This document shows positions 9,938 through 22,840 of a DNA stretch of 60,170 bases, in pieces; position 1 is the stretch's first letter; the number at the start of each line of letters is the position of its first letter. This DNA comes from Neovahlkampfia damariscottae (Eukaryota): assembly GCA_016618085.1 (NCBI GenBank), contig JABLTG010000130.1, forward strand, positions 1-60,170, written 5' to 3'. The notes beneath the pieces are model-generated. The model worked only from the letters and a program-made list of their open reading frames with translations, ran no database searches and was not told where the DNA came from. The position numbers were made by a program, and so were the translations under genes.

Positions 9938-12639
9938 ATGAACAACAAAGAGAACGTAGGAGTGAAAGTTGTTGTTAGAGTAAGACCTTTAAGCAAAAAT
10001 GAAGAAAGGCAAGGAAAAGGTGTCAGTGTGGACACAAATGGGCGTTACATTAAAACACTTGACTCCGATTCTAAAAAAGAAAAAATGTTTAGTTTTGATT
10101 TTGTGGCAGATGAAAAAGTTACACAAGTAAAACAAAAAAATAATCCATTTTTAATTTTTAATTTAGAAAGAAATTTTCAACAAAGTTGGTCTTCCAATTG
10201 TCGAAAGTTGTATGAGTGGATACAATGGCACAATTTTTTGTTATGGTCAAACAGGTTCAGGAAAAACTTATACAATGATAGGACCAGATCCAAATTCAAA
10301 TAAAAAATTTGATGAATCAGAAAAAGGTTTAATTCCACAAATGTTTGAAAGTCTATTTTCATATGCTGAAAAACAAGTTTGAAAAAAAAAAAATTTTAAC
10401 AATTTTAAAGAATGAAAAAACAAATGTTGAATGTGAATGTACTTGTTCATTTTTGGAAATTTATAATGAAAAGATCACTGATTTACTTGATTTTTCTAAA
10501 ATCAAACCTGATTCATTATCACTAAGAGAAGGAAATCGTGAAGGTGTTTATGTTGAAAATTTAGTTTTACAAAAGGTATCAACAGCCAATGAAGCCTATA
10601 CACTTTTAAAAAAAGGTATTTCCAATAGACATACAGCATCAACAGATATGAATGAACAATCATCACGTTCACATTCAGTTTTTACAATTAATATAAAACA
10701 CACTGAAAAAAAAGAAGAAGGAATTTCAAAGATTAGAAGATCTAGATTAAATTTAATTGATTTAGCTGGTTCAGAAAGACAAAAATCAACCAATAGTGAA
10801 GGTGAAAGATTTAAAGAAGGATGTTATATTAACAAGTCATTGACAGTTTTAGGTCAAGTAATTAATGGATTAGTTGATATTTCAAATGGTAATCAAAGAC
10901 ATATCAGTTATAGAGATTCAAAATTAACATTTCTTTTGAGAGATTCACTTGGTGGAAATTCAGAAACATGTATCATTGCAAATACAAGTCCTGCATTGAT
11001 TAATTTAAGAGAAACAGTTTCAACATTACATTTTGCTCAATGTGCTAAATATGTTAAAAATAAGCCTATTGTTAATGAAGATACATCTGGTACAATTTTA
11101 GCTTTACAAGATGAAATTAAAAATTTGAAAAATGAAATTGAAAATTTTCGAAGAATGTCAAAAAATCCAAACTTTTTAAAGAATCAAAAAGGTAGAAGTA
11201 GTGGTCAACAAGATGATATTATATCAGAATTAAATCAAGTTGTTGAAGAAGATGATGAAAAAATGGAAGAAACAAAAAAATTTAAATTGATAAAATTAAG
11301 TTTAAATGAATTAGAAAAGACAAATGAAAAATATGAAAATGAAGTTAAAAAGATTGATTTATTAAGAACATTAGTAGAATCAAAAAATGAAAATATTTTT
11401 CAATTAAAAATGATTTTGAAATTTAGAGAATTAGAAATTTTAAAAATGAAAGGAAAAAAAGAAAATTTGAATGAATTTTTCTTTAATGAAGAAGAAACAT
11501 TAACAAGAATTGAAAAATCTATCAAAAAGATATTTGAATATAATCGACATCCAACTGCAATTCAACACTCTTTAGAGTATTTTGAAATGAAAGAAAAATT
11601 AGAAAAATTTGAAAATCTTGAAGAATCATTGGAAAAAGAATTAAATATTAATAAAAAGTTAAGAGAGTTTTGTGAAGAGATAAAAATTGAATTATTGAAT
11701 ACAATTGATCATTTAGACAAGGGAGGTTATAAACAAGATTTTGAAGAATCAAAAGTAAAAATTGAACTTTTAGAGAAAAATGAAGAATTAATAAAGTTAA
11801 AATTAAAAGAAATCGAAGAAAAGAATGCAATTTTAATTAAAGAAAATTCATCATTTCAATCATTAAATGTTAAAAATAATCATCTTCAACAAATGTATAA
11901 TCAATGTGTAAAAGAGATTGAAAATCAAAAATGTTCAATTGAAAATTTGAAGAATTCATTTGAAAAAGAACATGAAATGAAAAAGAATTTTGAATGTTAT
12001 TCAAATAAATTACAAGAAAAATTAAATTTTTTTACAAAAGAATCAGAATTTAAAATTGAAAATTTGAAAAGAGAAATTCAACAAAAAAATGAAAATTTGA
12101 ATCAAATTCAACAAATAAATGAAAATTTAAATAGAAAAATTGAAAATATGAATCAAGAATTTAATATTGGTTTTAGTAATTTTAAAGAAGAAAAAGAAGG
12201 TGAAATTGAAAATTTGAAAAAACAATTTGGTAATTTACATGTATTTGCTCAAAATTTAAAATCAAAAAATCTTGAATATGAAGAAAGAGAAGAAAAATAT
12301 GAAGATGTTGTAAATGAAAAACAAAATCAAATTGAAATTTTAACACAAAAAACTGTTTTTTTATCCAATGAATTAATAATAACTAAACAAGCATTGGAGA
12401 ATTTAAGTTATAATTTTCAAAAGTTAAATGAAAATAATCAAATGAATAAAAATGATGAATTGTTAATTCAATTGTCAAAATTAAGTAGTGAAAATGAAAT
12501 GTTGAGAAGAAAAAAGTTAAAAGATGATGAATTGATCAAAAAAATACAAATGTTGGAAACTGAAAATTTAAACTTGAAATCAAATAGATTTAACTTTTTT
12601 TCGAATTCTGTTGAAGAAAAAGAGAATTATAATGTATAA
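9938..12639 (+). CDS. Kinesin motor protein (kinesin-12/KIF15-like) with a long coiled-coil tail
   Basis: VKVVVRVRP, P-loop GQTGSGKT in exon 2, SFLEIYNE, SSRSH, LIDLAGSERQK, HISYRDSKLTFLLRDSLGGN. Confidence 0.93.
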
Positions 12640-12687
12640 AAATTTGATTGGTCTAAATTTTTGTTTTTTTTTTTTGTTGAAGAGAAA

Positions 12688-13064
12688 ATGACTAGTCATG
12701 AAAGTCCAATAGATTTGAAAATTAGATTTCTACAAGAATTAGAATTTGTACAATTGTTATCAAATGTCTCTTATTTGAATTGTAATACTTTATAACTAAA
12801 CAAAGTATAGATTTAGCACAGAATAAGTATTTTGAAGATGTTGCTTTTTTAAATTATTTGAAATATTTACAATATTTTAAAGATGAAAAATATTCAAAAT
12901 ATATAACCTATCCACATTGTTTATTTTTTTTAGATCAATTGATGGATGAAAAATTTAGAGAGGAATGTAAAAAAAAAGAATTTTGTGATCATGTTGGAAA
13001 ACAACAGGGTTTACATTGGCAATATTATAGAAAAAATCGTGAAACTGCTTTTCAAAAAAAATAA
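12688..13064 (+). CDS. MED31: Mediator subunit 31 (SOH1)
   Basis: RFLQELEFVQLLSN..YL|LAQNKYFED..FLNYLKYLQY..YITYPHCL; intron 12782-12810. Confidence 0.93.
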
Positions 13065-13085
13065 ATTTAAATTTCTTTTTTTTTT

Positions 13086-14328
13086 TCAAGCATAATTTGC
13101 AATAACTGCCATTACAACAAAACCTACAAGAAATAACATGATTTTAAAACATAAAGAAGCTAAATTTCTTGGATTAAAATGAGCCAAAATTTCAAAAGTA
13201 GAGACAAAAAAAAATGCACCTGAAGCTAAAGCCAATGAAGCTCCTTGAACAATATTTAACATCTAAACCAATTAGTATATCAGATATAATATCTTACTTC
13301 TCCTTGTGTTGTTGATACAAAAATACCTATAATCATTCCAAAAGGAATTGAAAGTGAATATGAAATAATAAAAAAAATTGAAATCAAAATATTCTTAATT
13401 CCTTGATTCAAAACACTACCTAATGCCAATGAAGCAATTAAATGATGTGATATAATTGCAGAGAATAATTTCCAAAGTTGTTTATAATTTGCAGATCCCA
13501 AAGCTAATCCTTCAAAAACTGAATGTGAAACAAGTGATAACCAAAGAATAAAACCTCCTAATGCTGCTCTTCTTGATGATCCTGAATTTAATAAACTTGT
13601 ATCAATGTGCGAATGAAATTCATCTGCATCATGATTATGATGATCATGTGAATGATGTTGATCATTTGGATCATTTTTATGATTATCATGATTATAATGA
13701 TCATGACCTTCATGTGTATGATTTTGATGATATTGTTCTCTTTCTTCAATTTGATCATATAAATTTTTTGCAATTTCATTTGTTCGAACAATTTCTTCTT
13801 TCTCTATCACTTTTGATATTCTTTCAATAGATTTTTTTGTTTTTAATGAGAATAATAAAGATTCTAATATCTATAAATATGTTAATGAAGATACTTTTTT
13901 TCTTTACTTTTTCAAAGAAAAAAATTGACACTAAAGAAACAGATGATATCAAAAATGCCCATGGATAAACTGAATGTGAATGATCATGTAATGAACCTAT
14001 TTGATCTGAAAAATGATGATCATGACTATTTTGGACTTTATTCAATCTATTTATTGAATCAGTTAATATTTCATGTGCTTCAGCTATTTTGCAAAAAGTT
14101 AAAATGAAAAAGTTAAAAATTACGCAATAAATGAATAAAACCAGTTGCCATAAGAGCACCTCCAGCGAATCCATTCAAAACATCCAATAGTTGCATAATG
14201 AATTTTTCGTTTAAACACCTGTTCTTTATTCTGGTCAATACAAAAGGTATAATAGCAAATATTATAGGTCCTATGAATAGTATACTACCTGCTATAGCTT
14301 TGAAAATTAAGTATTGATCTTCGATCAT
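13086..14328 (-). CDS. ZIP-family zinc/iron transporter with His-rich loops
   Basis: GFAGGALMATGFIHLL, HSVFEGLALG, HHLIASLALG and ASGAFF motifs; multi-TM; His-rich loops. Confidence 0.9.
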
Positions 14329-14424
14329 GTTTCTGAAAATGTGCAGATTTTTATGGACGGAGATTTTATTTAAGGAAAGATTCCGATTGGATAATAAAAA
14401 AAATCAAAAAAAAGAACAAATTCT

Positions 14425-15787
14425 TTATAATTCAGATAATAAAACAGACAAAATTGATGATATTTGTGATGATGTTTTGAAAGAAATCAATGCTATTTCA
14501 CTTTCATAAAAAGATAAATTTGCAATTGAAACTAAATTCAATAAAATCAAAGCAGCCAATTGTTGAGTTAAAACATCAGATGATTTTAAAAATACTAATA
14601 ATTTTTGAATGAAATTTTCATCTGTAAATTTTTTTTTAAAGTTCAAGGATGATTCTTTTGATGTTAAATGAAAAATTAAAAATAAAAGAGATTCATTCAT
14701 GTAATCATTTTTATCCATATCAACTAATTGCAAAATATATTCTGAAATGAATTCTTTGGTTAAATATTTTTCAAAAGCAAGAATATTTGAAGTGATTTGT
14801 TGTTCTGATGATAAAATAGAGTTAAAAACTTCAATGATTAAAATTTCATATTCTTCGTCTTGTTTAATATTATTTTGAATGGAGTTGAAAAAATCTTGAA
14901 GAAAATTCAAGTTTTCAAATGAAAATTGAATTGATTTGCCAATTAAAATCAAGCAATTCAACGATTTTTTCTTCCAATCAAAATGAAATTCATTCTTTAA
15001 AATAAAATTCAAAATGATGAATATTTCTTGTTGATAATCATACAAACCATCACTTTTCAATAAATTTTCAATTATTTGTAAACAAAGAAAAGCATTTTCT
15101 AATGTCTTTCTTTCATCTTTTTTAATCAAATTGAAGTTTTCTTTGATATCATTAATTTTGATATTTTTCAAATAGATAATCTTCTTTAAATGAGTGGTAA
15201 TATAATCTAATACATTTTCAACTGAATCCAATAAAAAAAATGGTCTGCAAGTTGATAAGGAATATATTTCTGATAAAACATATGAAATAGACTCTGATTC
15301 AGTTGCCATCTCCATAGAACATTCTATTTTTCTGATTAATTCAATATCATAATCGTTATATATTTTTCTTCTTTTTAAGTTTGGAATTTCGTTTTTTTGA
15401 ATTCTTTTCTTTGAACTTGTTGTAGTAGTTTCATCTGTTTTAAATTTTGAAATTGACTTTGAAAAGTGATAAACTTGTTCATACTCAAAAAGAAATTTGA
15501 AATAAAAATCTGTGAAAAAGTTATTCAATTTGTTTTGTGATTTTACTTTGTAAAAAGTATGTTGATTCTATTTCTGAGTTTGTTATTTTCAATTCTTTTA
15601 AAATTTTTGTCCATAAATTTTTGTTTGAAACCTCTTCATAACCTCCATAAGAAATAACCAAATCATAAAGTTGTTGTAGGTTTATTTTTTGATTATTTAT
15701 TTCAAGTTTTATGAGTTGTTTTTTTTTATTTAGTGAGTCTCTAAACTCATTTATTTTTTCTTTAAATAATTTTTCACTGCCCAACAT
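14425..15787 (-). CDS. ARID DNA-binding domain + ARM repeats (ARID2/Rsc9/Swi1-like)
   Basis: INLQQLYDLVISYGGYEEVSNKNLWTKI...YFKFLFEYE across an intron near 15511-15550; helical ARM-like C-terminus. Confidence 0.8.
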
Positions 15788-15872
15788 CCTTGAAAAGTTA
15801 AAAAGTTAAAAGAATAAACGTCCAATCAAAATTATGGTGGAGAAATATGAATGGAATAAAATAATTTGAAGT

Positions 15873-16079
15873 TTATTGATTTCTTTTTTCTTCTAATTCC
15901 TTTTCCATTTTCATGAGTTCTAGTTCTCTGTTCATTCGTTCCAGAGCCATTCTTTCTTGTAGCATTTTTACTGAAAGTAAAGCTTCTTCTGCTCTCATCA
16001 TATCCTCCAAGGCGATACGTTTTGCTATTTCCTCAGCTTCTTCTTCCATTTCCCTTCTACCTTCTTCTTCGGCACTCAT
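15873..16079 (-). CDS. Small acidic coiled-coil protein (68 aa)
   Basis: Clean ORF MSAEEEGRRE..., preceded by a CCAAT element near 16102. Confidence 0.55.
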   Translation of the reverse strand: MSAEEEGRREMEEEAEEIAKRIALEDMMRAEEALLSVKMLQERMALERMNRELELMKMEKELEEKRNQ

Positions 16080-16158
16080 ATTTTTAACAAACCGATCAAC
16101 ACCAATTTATTTTTAGCCTTTAGTATCTTTTTGCAACAAACAAAAAAAAAAAAAGAAT

Positions 16159-16362
16159 TTATTTCATGAGTTGATTACTCACCATACTTTCTTCCATTAT
16201 TTTTGCAATTGCTCTGGTTTCTTCATCTATTTCTCTTGTCTCTTTTTTTTCTTTTGCCATTGCTTCAGCTTTCATTCTTTCCAACTTTAACTTTTGTTCT
16301 TCCATTTTTTTTTGTATTTGCTCACGTTTTTCTTCAAGTCTACCTTGTTCTTCAGCGTTCAT
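16159..16362 (-). CDS. Small acidic coiled-coil protein, similar to the adjacent ORF
   Basis: MNAEEQGRLEE..., with a CCAAT element near 16384. Confidence 0.5.
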   Translation of the reverse strand: MNAEEQGRLEEKREQIQKKMEEQKLKLERMKAEAMAKEKKETREIDEETRAIAKIMEESMVSNQLMK

Positions 16363-16406
16363 TTTCTGTTCAACTTTTAACAACCAATGACAAATCCCCA
16401 AATTAT

Positions 16407-17897
16407 TCACAACAAAATCAAAGAATCAAAAATTTCATAAATCTCTACAATTTCATCTTTCAACATTTTCCCTTCATTTATTTCAATTAAAGCTTCAATC
16501 TTCAAATAAAAATCATCATTTAGACAAGTTGAAAAAATGATAAAATAACGTTGTGTATTTTCGATATCATCAATATATTCAAATTCAATAATACCACATT
16601 CTTTATTTGAAATGATGGTTTTTAATTCTTTTTTAACAGTACATTCAAAATTTGCATCTTTTAATTCTTGTTTCATTTCTTGTAAAATATTATTTTGTAT
16701 TAAATGATTATTGGAAATTTTAATTTTTGAAAAGGATATTGAAAATTCATCTTTTTGTTTATTCAAAGTTAAAAATTGTTCATTTGATTTTGGATTTTCA
16801 AAATAATGAAATTGTGATCCAAATTGAATTGAAAATTTCATTTCTTTATTCTTGTAAATAAAGAAATCTCTTTCAATCAGTTTATTGAACTCTAATGATT
16901 CCAATGAATTAATAAGTAAATCCTTTCGATTGGATAAATTTGAAATTACTTTCATCAAATAATTTGAATTTTGAAATTTGAAGTAAAATTCATAATAGAA
17001 TAAATTATTCATTTCAAAAGTTATTAATTTCCCTTTGAGATTATTTGATAATAATTTTGATTCTTCTTTTACATTTTCTTTAAATTCATATTCTTCATCA
17101 GTTTCTAATGAAATACATTCAAATTTTGATTCAAACTTTAATGAATCAATTGATTTATTTTGAAATGTTAAATCAGGTATTGATATTGAATATCCATATT
17201 TTGAATTCCATTTTAATTTATCTATTTCAAAATGTGATTTCATTGGTGAAAAAGTGTTCAAAAAAAGATTGAAATGATCTGAATATTGATCATCAGATTG
17301 AAATAAATAGGCCCTATTATCATAAATCATTATAATTCTCCAATTCTATAAAAAATAAAAAAAATAAAATTTTTGTAACCTTACCTTTCGATTCTCCTTT
17401 TTTTTTTTACTTTTTTTGTAAATTACCTGTAATGAATGAGCGAAATAAATACAATCAAAATTTCTTATTTTTTGATCTATTCTTTCTTCTTCTTGGATGT
17501 TGATTGTAGTTTTTAAATGTTGCACACTTTGTTGATAGTATTGTTCTAACGATAAATCAGGAGTAATATACTCACAAATTATTGATATTTCTTCTTTTAA
17601 ATCAAGTGGATTATAGATTTTAATACTCGAGCAACCTGAATCTTTTGTTTCAATTTTTTGTACTGAAAAATTTGAAGGATATGAAAATTCAAGCAATAAA
17701 TCAAGACATATGTATTTTTTTTGTTTGATACCTATTGGTTTTTGAACCCAATTATGACTTTCTTGTGTGTCATTTTTCACTTTTTTTTCATTGTACTTTT
17801 GATAACCTAAATAACCAACAAACATAGCAAAAGAAGCGCCTCCAATTGTAGCTAAAGTAGTTTTTGGATTATCAACTAAATCATCAAAAAACCCCAT
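16407..17897 (-). CDS. Signal-anchored protein with about three PsbP/DcrB-like repeats
   Basis: N-terminal TM (LATIGGASFAMFVGYLGY); repeated FSYPSNF / YSISIPD / FSIQF units; ORFs 17346-17897 and 16407-17330 joined by an intron. Confidence 0.5.
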
Positions 17898-17972
17898 CTA
17901 AATAAATTGACTTTGAAGATGAAAATTATTGGACAAACAATCTGATTGGTTTTTCAAAAAGAAACTGAAAAA

Positions 17973-19482
17973 ATGGTTTTCAATCAAAACTTGTTCTTTT
18001 TCACACTTCTCATTTTTTTTCAACTTTATACTTCTAAAATGTTGTTGATTGTTGGAGACGTTCAAAAAACAAAAGCCAGAATTTTATATGAATCTGAAAA
18101 ATCAACAGAAAATAAAAATATAAATGTGAAACTTTTTGAAGGTGAAAAAGTAGTTAAAAATGAAAAAATAACTTTGAAAAGAAATCCTCAAATTTTAGTA
18201 TTTCAAAATTTAAAACCAAACACTTTTTACAAAGCAATTTTTGATGAAACAGAAATTACAACATTTAAAACATTTCCTTTGAAACCATTGAAAGAAAAAT
18301 TGAAACTTGTAGTTGTATCATGTGATAGATATTTTGAAGATAGAGATGATTCATTCTGGAAAGAATTAGAAGAAAATGAAAAAGACAGATTTGGAATGAT
18401 ACATTTAGGTAAAAAATTCAAAAATTCAATATCAAAAGGGGACCAAATTTATGCAGATATAATAACAAAAGAGTTTAAGAAAAATAATTCATTGACATAT
18501 GATGATTTATTAGAAAGATTTCGAGAAATTTATAGAACCACTTGGTCACATCCATCAATTAAAAAAATTCTAAGAAATGGATTTCATTGTACAAACAATT
18601 TTATAAATTAAATTTTAAGGGATGATGCCTGATGATCATGAGATTATAAATAATCTTGATGAGCATTTAGTCAACAGTCCAATTAATCAAGTAGTAAAAG
18701 CAGGTAAACAATCTTTCATTGAATATCAATTATTATTGATGAGAGATTATGAAGGAAATGATGATATTTTCTTCTTCAGAGAAATTGAAAATTATGGAAT
18801 TGCAATGCTAGATTTCAGATGGAAAAGAACATTTCAACAAGAACCTGATAGTCCATTACTTGGAAAAAAACAGTTTAACCAATTAAAACAACATGTTCAA
18901 AAATGGGGAACATCCAAGGAGATCAATAAAATCCTGATATTTTCACAAACAGCTGGTCCTTTATTAGGTGAACAAGCCTCAAAGTTGATTTATTGGATTG
19001 AAAAGGAAATGTATACTTCACATCCTGATATACTAAATCACACCAATAAAATGATGGATATCTTCAAACCATATTCATCAAAAATCAAATGGATAGTTGG
19101 TGATTTACATTCATTTTTCATTTCAAAAATATGTTATGATGATGAATATAAAAACTGTATTGATCATATGATTACATCAGGAATGACAATTGGAAGTACT
19201 GCAGCCAATAGATTTCCAAATTGGTTATTCGCTACTTATATCAATCATCTTCAATATACTGCAAATGATCATTGGAAAATTAAACATATTGAAGGTTATT
19301 TGGATAAGAATTATGGTATTTTGGAATTAGGAAATGAATTCAAATGGAAAGGTGTTTTTCAAAAGGAACCTTCAATGAAAGGGAAAATTTTTCAATGGTT
19401 ATTTTCAAACACACCAATTATTTTAAAATCATTATATGCTTTTATTATGATTCGTTTGATTGTTAAACATCTTTCAGGTTGA
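17973..19482 (+). CDS. PhoD-like alkaline phosphatase/metallophosphoesterase, secreted or membrane-anchored
   Basis: Signal peptide, FN3-like LKPNTFY, VSC, HLG|DQIYAD, DDHEI, MLDFR, GDLH; C-terminal hydrophobic segment. Confidence 0.82.
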
Positions 19483-19523
19483 AATAAATATTTTTGAAAA
19501 TATTATCCAATCATCAAACAGTG

Positions 19524-20253
19524 ATGCAACTCAGAATTGAAGAAAGTGAAAAAGAAAAAGAAGTACTTTTAACTTTTAAAAAAGAATTAAAACTCAAATC
19601 ATATGATGAACAAACTTATGAATGGCCACAAACAGGTTTTTAAAAATAAACTTAAATTCTTTTTTAAAAAAGGTAGATATATTTTAGCACAATATGATGA
19701 AGACTCAATAATAGTATACCAAGCATTCAATAAAAAAATTGCGGATTGGGCTGTCAAACATCAATATTTTGGAGGACCTGATTATTCAACAACAAGAATG
19801 ACTTGGATAAAAACAAATTTTCTATGGATGCAGTATCGATCTGGATGGAGTTCAAAATCAAATCAAACTCATACTCTAGCCATTTGGTTAAAAAGAAGTT
19901 CATTTGAATATTTTTTAAGTCATAATTATTATAAAAAAAATCAAGAAGATAAAAAAGAAAGAGGGTCTGTTAGAATTCAATGGGATCCTGATCATAATCC
20001 AGTTGGAAGTAAATGTCAAAGAAGAGCTGTTCAAATTGGAATAAAAGGTGATTTGATGAAAGGATTTTTAGAACCAAATGGTGATATCATTCAAATACAA
20101 GATATTTCAGAATTTTGTCAAGAACAATTCAAAAAGAATGTTAAAAATCAAAAAAATTTTAAGAATTTAATCACACCTCACGAAAAGGTTTATGATTTAA
20201 AAGAAGAAAAAGTGATGAAACATTTAATTGAATTTGACAAACAGAATAAATAG
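19524..20253 (+). CDS. DUF4291-family protein
   Basis: ILAQYDEDSIIVYQAF, RMTWIKTNFLWMQYRSGW, VRIQWDPDH, RRAVQIG; one intron. Confidence 0.82.
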
Positions 20254-20376
20254 TATCCAGTAAATAAATACTGAGTAAATAGGATTTCAAGTAGACATTT
20301 TTGTGAAATTGGTTGAAAAAAAAAATTTTTTATTTTTTTTTTTATTTTTTTTAACTTAAATTGACCTCTTGTTTTT

Positions 20377-21652
20377 TTATTCTTGTGTTACGACACTCGC
20401 CCATGTTGTTCCTTGATTTGATGAATCACCTGTAGTTTGAGTTGTTTTACTTGAATCTTTTGGTGCTTCAACATTTTTCTTTTCAACTTTTTTAACATCT
20501 TGTTTTGTTGATTTTTTTGTGAATTTACTATTTCCATTAATATTTCCGTTTGTTTTTTTTCCATTTTCTTGATTAGTTTTTGGTGTAAAATTTTTTTCTT
20601 TTTTTTTATCTTTTGTTGTTCCGTGTTTTTTGTTAAATTTTTTTTTATCATGAAATTTTTTTTTTTCAACTTTTTTCTCTTCTTCTTCTTTTACATTTTT
20701 CTTTTCTTCTTGTTTTGATTCTATTATAGTTCCTGTTACTGTTCCTGTTGTTGTTGATGTTGATCCAGTTACAGTTGTTGTGCTTTCTTCTTTCATTTTT
20801 GCTTCTTGAATATTTTTAGCTTTTAGTGCAGCTTGAGCAAAACTTTCTTCTTTTTCTTCTTCTCCATTTTCATTTTTAACTTGTTCATTTGTTGAACTAA
20901 GTTTTGGAAATACTTGTTCATTATCAAAATTTGGTTTAACTTTTTTTTTTTCATTCTTTTTTTGAAACTCTTTTTTTGTTCCATTTCCAGTTGTATTTGT
21001 ATTTGTATTTGAATTACCATTTAAATTTGAAGTTGAATGAACTTTTGTGTAATTCTTTTTTTTTGGATAAGATTGTTCAATTAAAATTTTAACTCTTAAT
21101 TTTTTGTTGTTGTAAGTTTTTGAAGAAACAAGTTCAAAATTTTGAATAGCATCTTTTTCATTATAAAATTTAGCAATCCAAGTACCAGAAAAATCAGGTG
21201 AAAGTGAAACTGGATATCCATGTTCAAAAAGTTTAGCTACTTCCTATCAAAAAAAAAGTTTAAGTTTTTTTTAAAAAGTTTTTACGTTAATATCTGCATT
21301 TAATGGAATTCCTTGAACTAATAAAATTCTACGTTGAAAGTTGAAAGATGGTTTAACTTTTGTAAATTCTTTATCAAAAACTAAACTACTTGATGGTTTT
21401 ATAGTTTCAAGTATTAAATTTGTATCAGTTGTTAACTGTTTAACTCTTTTAAAGTTGAAAATAGTAGTTAATGGAACATAATATTCTTCGTCCATAATGG
21501 ATACTAAATATGAATCATTGAGGAGATTATTCATTGAGAAATAATATTCAATTTGTTTTAAAATATTTTTCTTTAATTCTTCATTTTCTATTTGAATGTT
21601 AATTTCTTTTCTTTCTTTTACCGTTTATTTCTTTGACTTGTTCGATGGACAT
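20377..21652 (-). CDS. La-related RNA-binding protein (La motif + RRM, LARP4-like) with a low-complexity tail
   Basis: ILKQIEYYFSMNNLLNDSYL...FNFKRVKQLT La motif, then an RRM, an FPKL motif and a terminal TWASVV. Confidence 0.85.
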
Positions 21653-21957
21653 TGCAACTAATAAAAAAATCCAAATATTTTGTCCAATCAATTTCAAGAA
21701 ATACATTCAAATTTAAAAATAATCTTCAAAGTGTAAAGAAACTATTATAATGTTTAAATTATACAATTTAACTACCTTTGAACTTTTTGCATTTTTTCAG
21801 CTATCTTATTCGTCAAAAAAATATTTAATCAATTTCTGTTTGAAGGGAATTTATTACATGTAGAAAAAAGACAAATTAACCTCATTTGAAAAGTTCAAAA
21901 ATTTATACTAAAATAAGAAAATATAAGGTTTTTATTTTATTGTGTACAATTTATGTT

Positions 21958-22581
21958 TCATTCAATCTTTTGTTTCTTTGATTTTTCATCAGATGATTCT
22001 TCACTTTCAAATTTTCTTTTGAAATAAGGAGAACTTAAAAAACTTAAACTTTTTTCTTCTTCTTGTTTCCATAAATTATTAAATATTTCAGTTGAATCAT
22101 CAAGATTTGAATTTCCAGAAAAATGACTCGAAGGTGTTGTATTAATTGAACTATTTGATTTAAAATTCGTTGATTTCATTGGGGTTTTTGGTATAAGTGA
22201 ATTTATATTTGGTAAAGGAAATGAATTTTCATGAATAACTTTTTGAGGTGATTTTTTAATCTTTTCAAATGAATACTCTAATTGTATTGATTCTTTTGAT
22301 TCAGAAATTTCTGTTAAAAAAATTTCATCTTCTTTTGAACTCCAACCTTTATGTTGTCCTGTTGCAAAATTAACAGTTTTAGGATATATTTTTATCATTT
22401 TATTTTCATCCAAAATACTACTCCATTTTGTTTCAAGGTGTTTTACAACGTAGGAAATTGGTTTTGAATATTTTACAGTTAAGCATAAATAAGGATTCAT
22501 TTTAGATTTTTTAATCAATTCTTGAACTGAATTAGTTTTTGGTGATAAATAAATTGTCAGTTTCTTCTTTGCCGTCTTCAT
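21958..22581 (-). CDS. CRAMP1/TKI1-like domain protein
   Basis: KLTIYLSP...MNPYLCLTV...ISYVVKHLETKW resembles the conserved domain of Cramped/TKI1. Confidence 0.55.
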   Translation of the reverse strand: MKTAKKKLTIYLSPKTNSVQELIKKSKMNPYLCLTVKYSKPISYVVKHLETKWSSILDENKMIKIYPKTVNFATGQHKGWSSKEDEIFLTEISESKESIQLEYSFEKIKKSPQKVIHENSFPLPNINSLIPKTPMKSTNFKSNSSINTTPSSHFSGNSNLDDSTEIFNNLWKQEEEKSLSFLSSPYFKRKFESEESSDEKSKKQKIE

Positions 22582-22840
22582 AAAAAAAATAGTGTGAACC
22601 AATCAAAACTTCATTTAAAAAATTCGTTTTTTATTCATCAGACTTTAAATATCCAAACGAAGTGAAGTGCAGAATGTAAGAGTGACACAAATAAAAATTT
22701 CAAGTCCAAAAATTGTTTTTTTTTTTGAAAGTGAATATTTATTGTGGAGTGAGTGAAAATTGATATGTGCTTGTGAACACAAAAAAAGGGTGGTGAAATT
22801 GTGATTTTTGTGTGCAGTGCAGTGATATAATTAGTGAAAT

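Noticed and set aside
13620..13730. ATGATC/ATGATG-type repeats resembling an array
   Set aside because: They encode the His-rich loop of the ZIP transporter; there is no repeat-spacer structure, so this is not CRISPR.
22640..22840. GTG/GTGCA-rich tract downstream of importin-beta
   Set aside because: No regular period or fold; most simply a CAC-rich 3' UTR.
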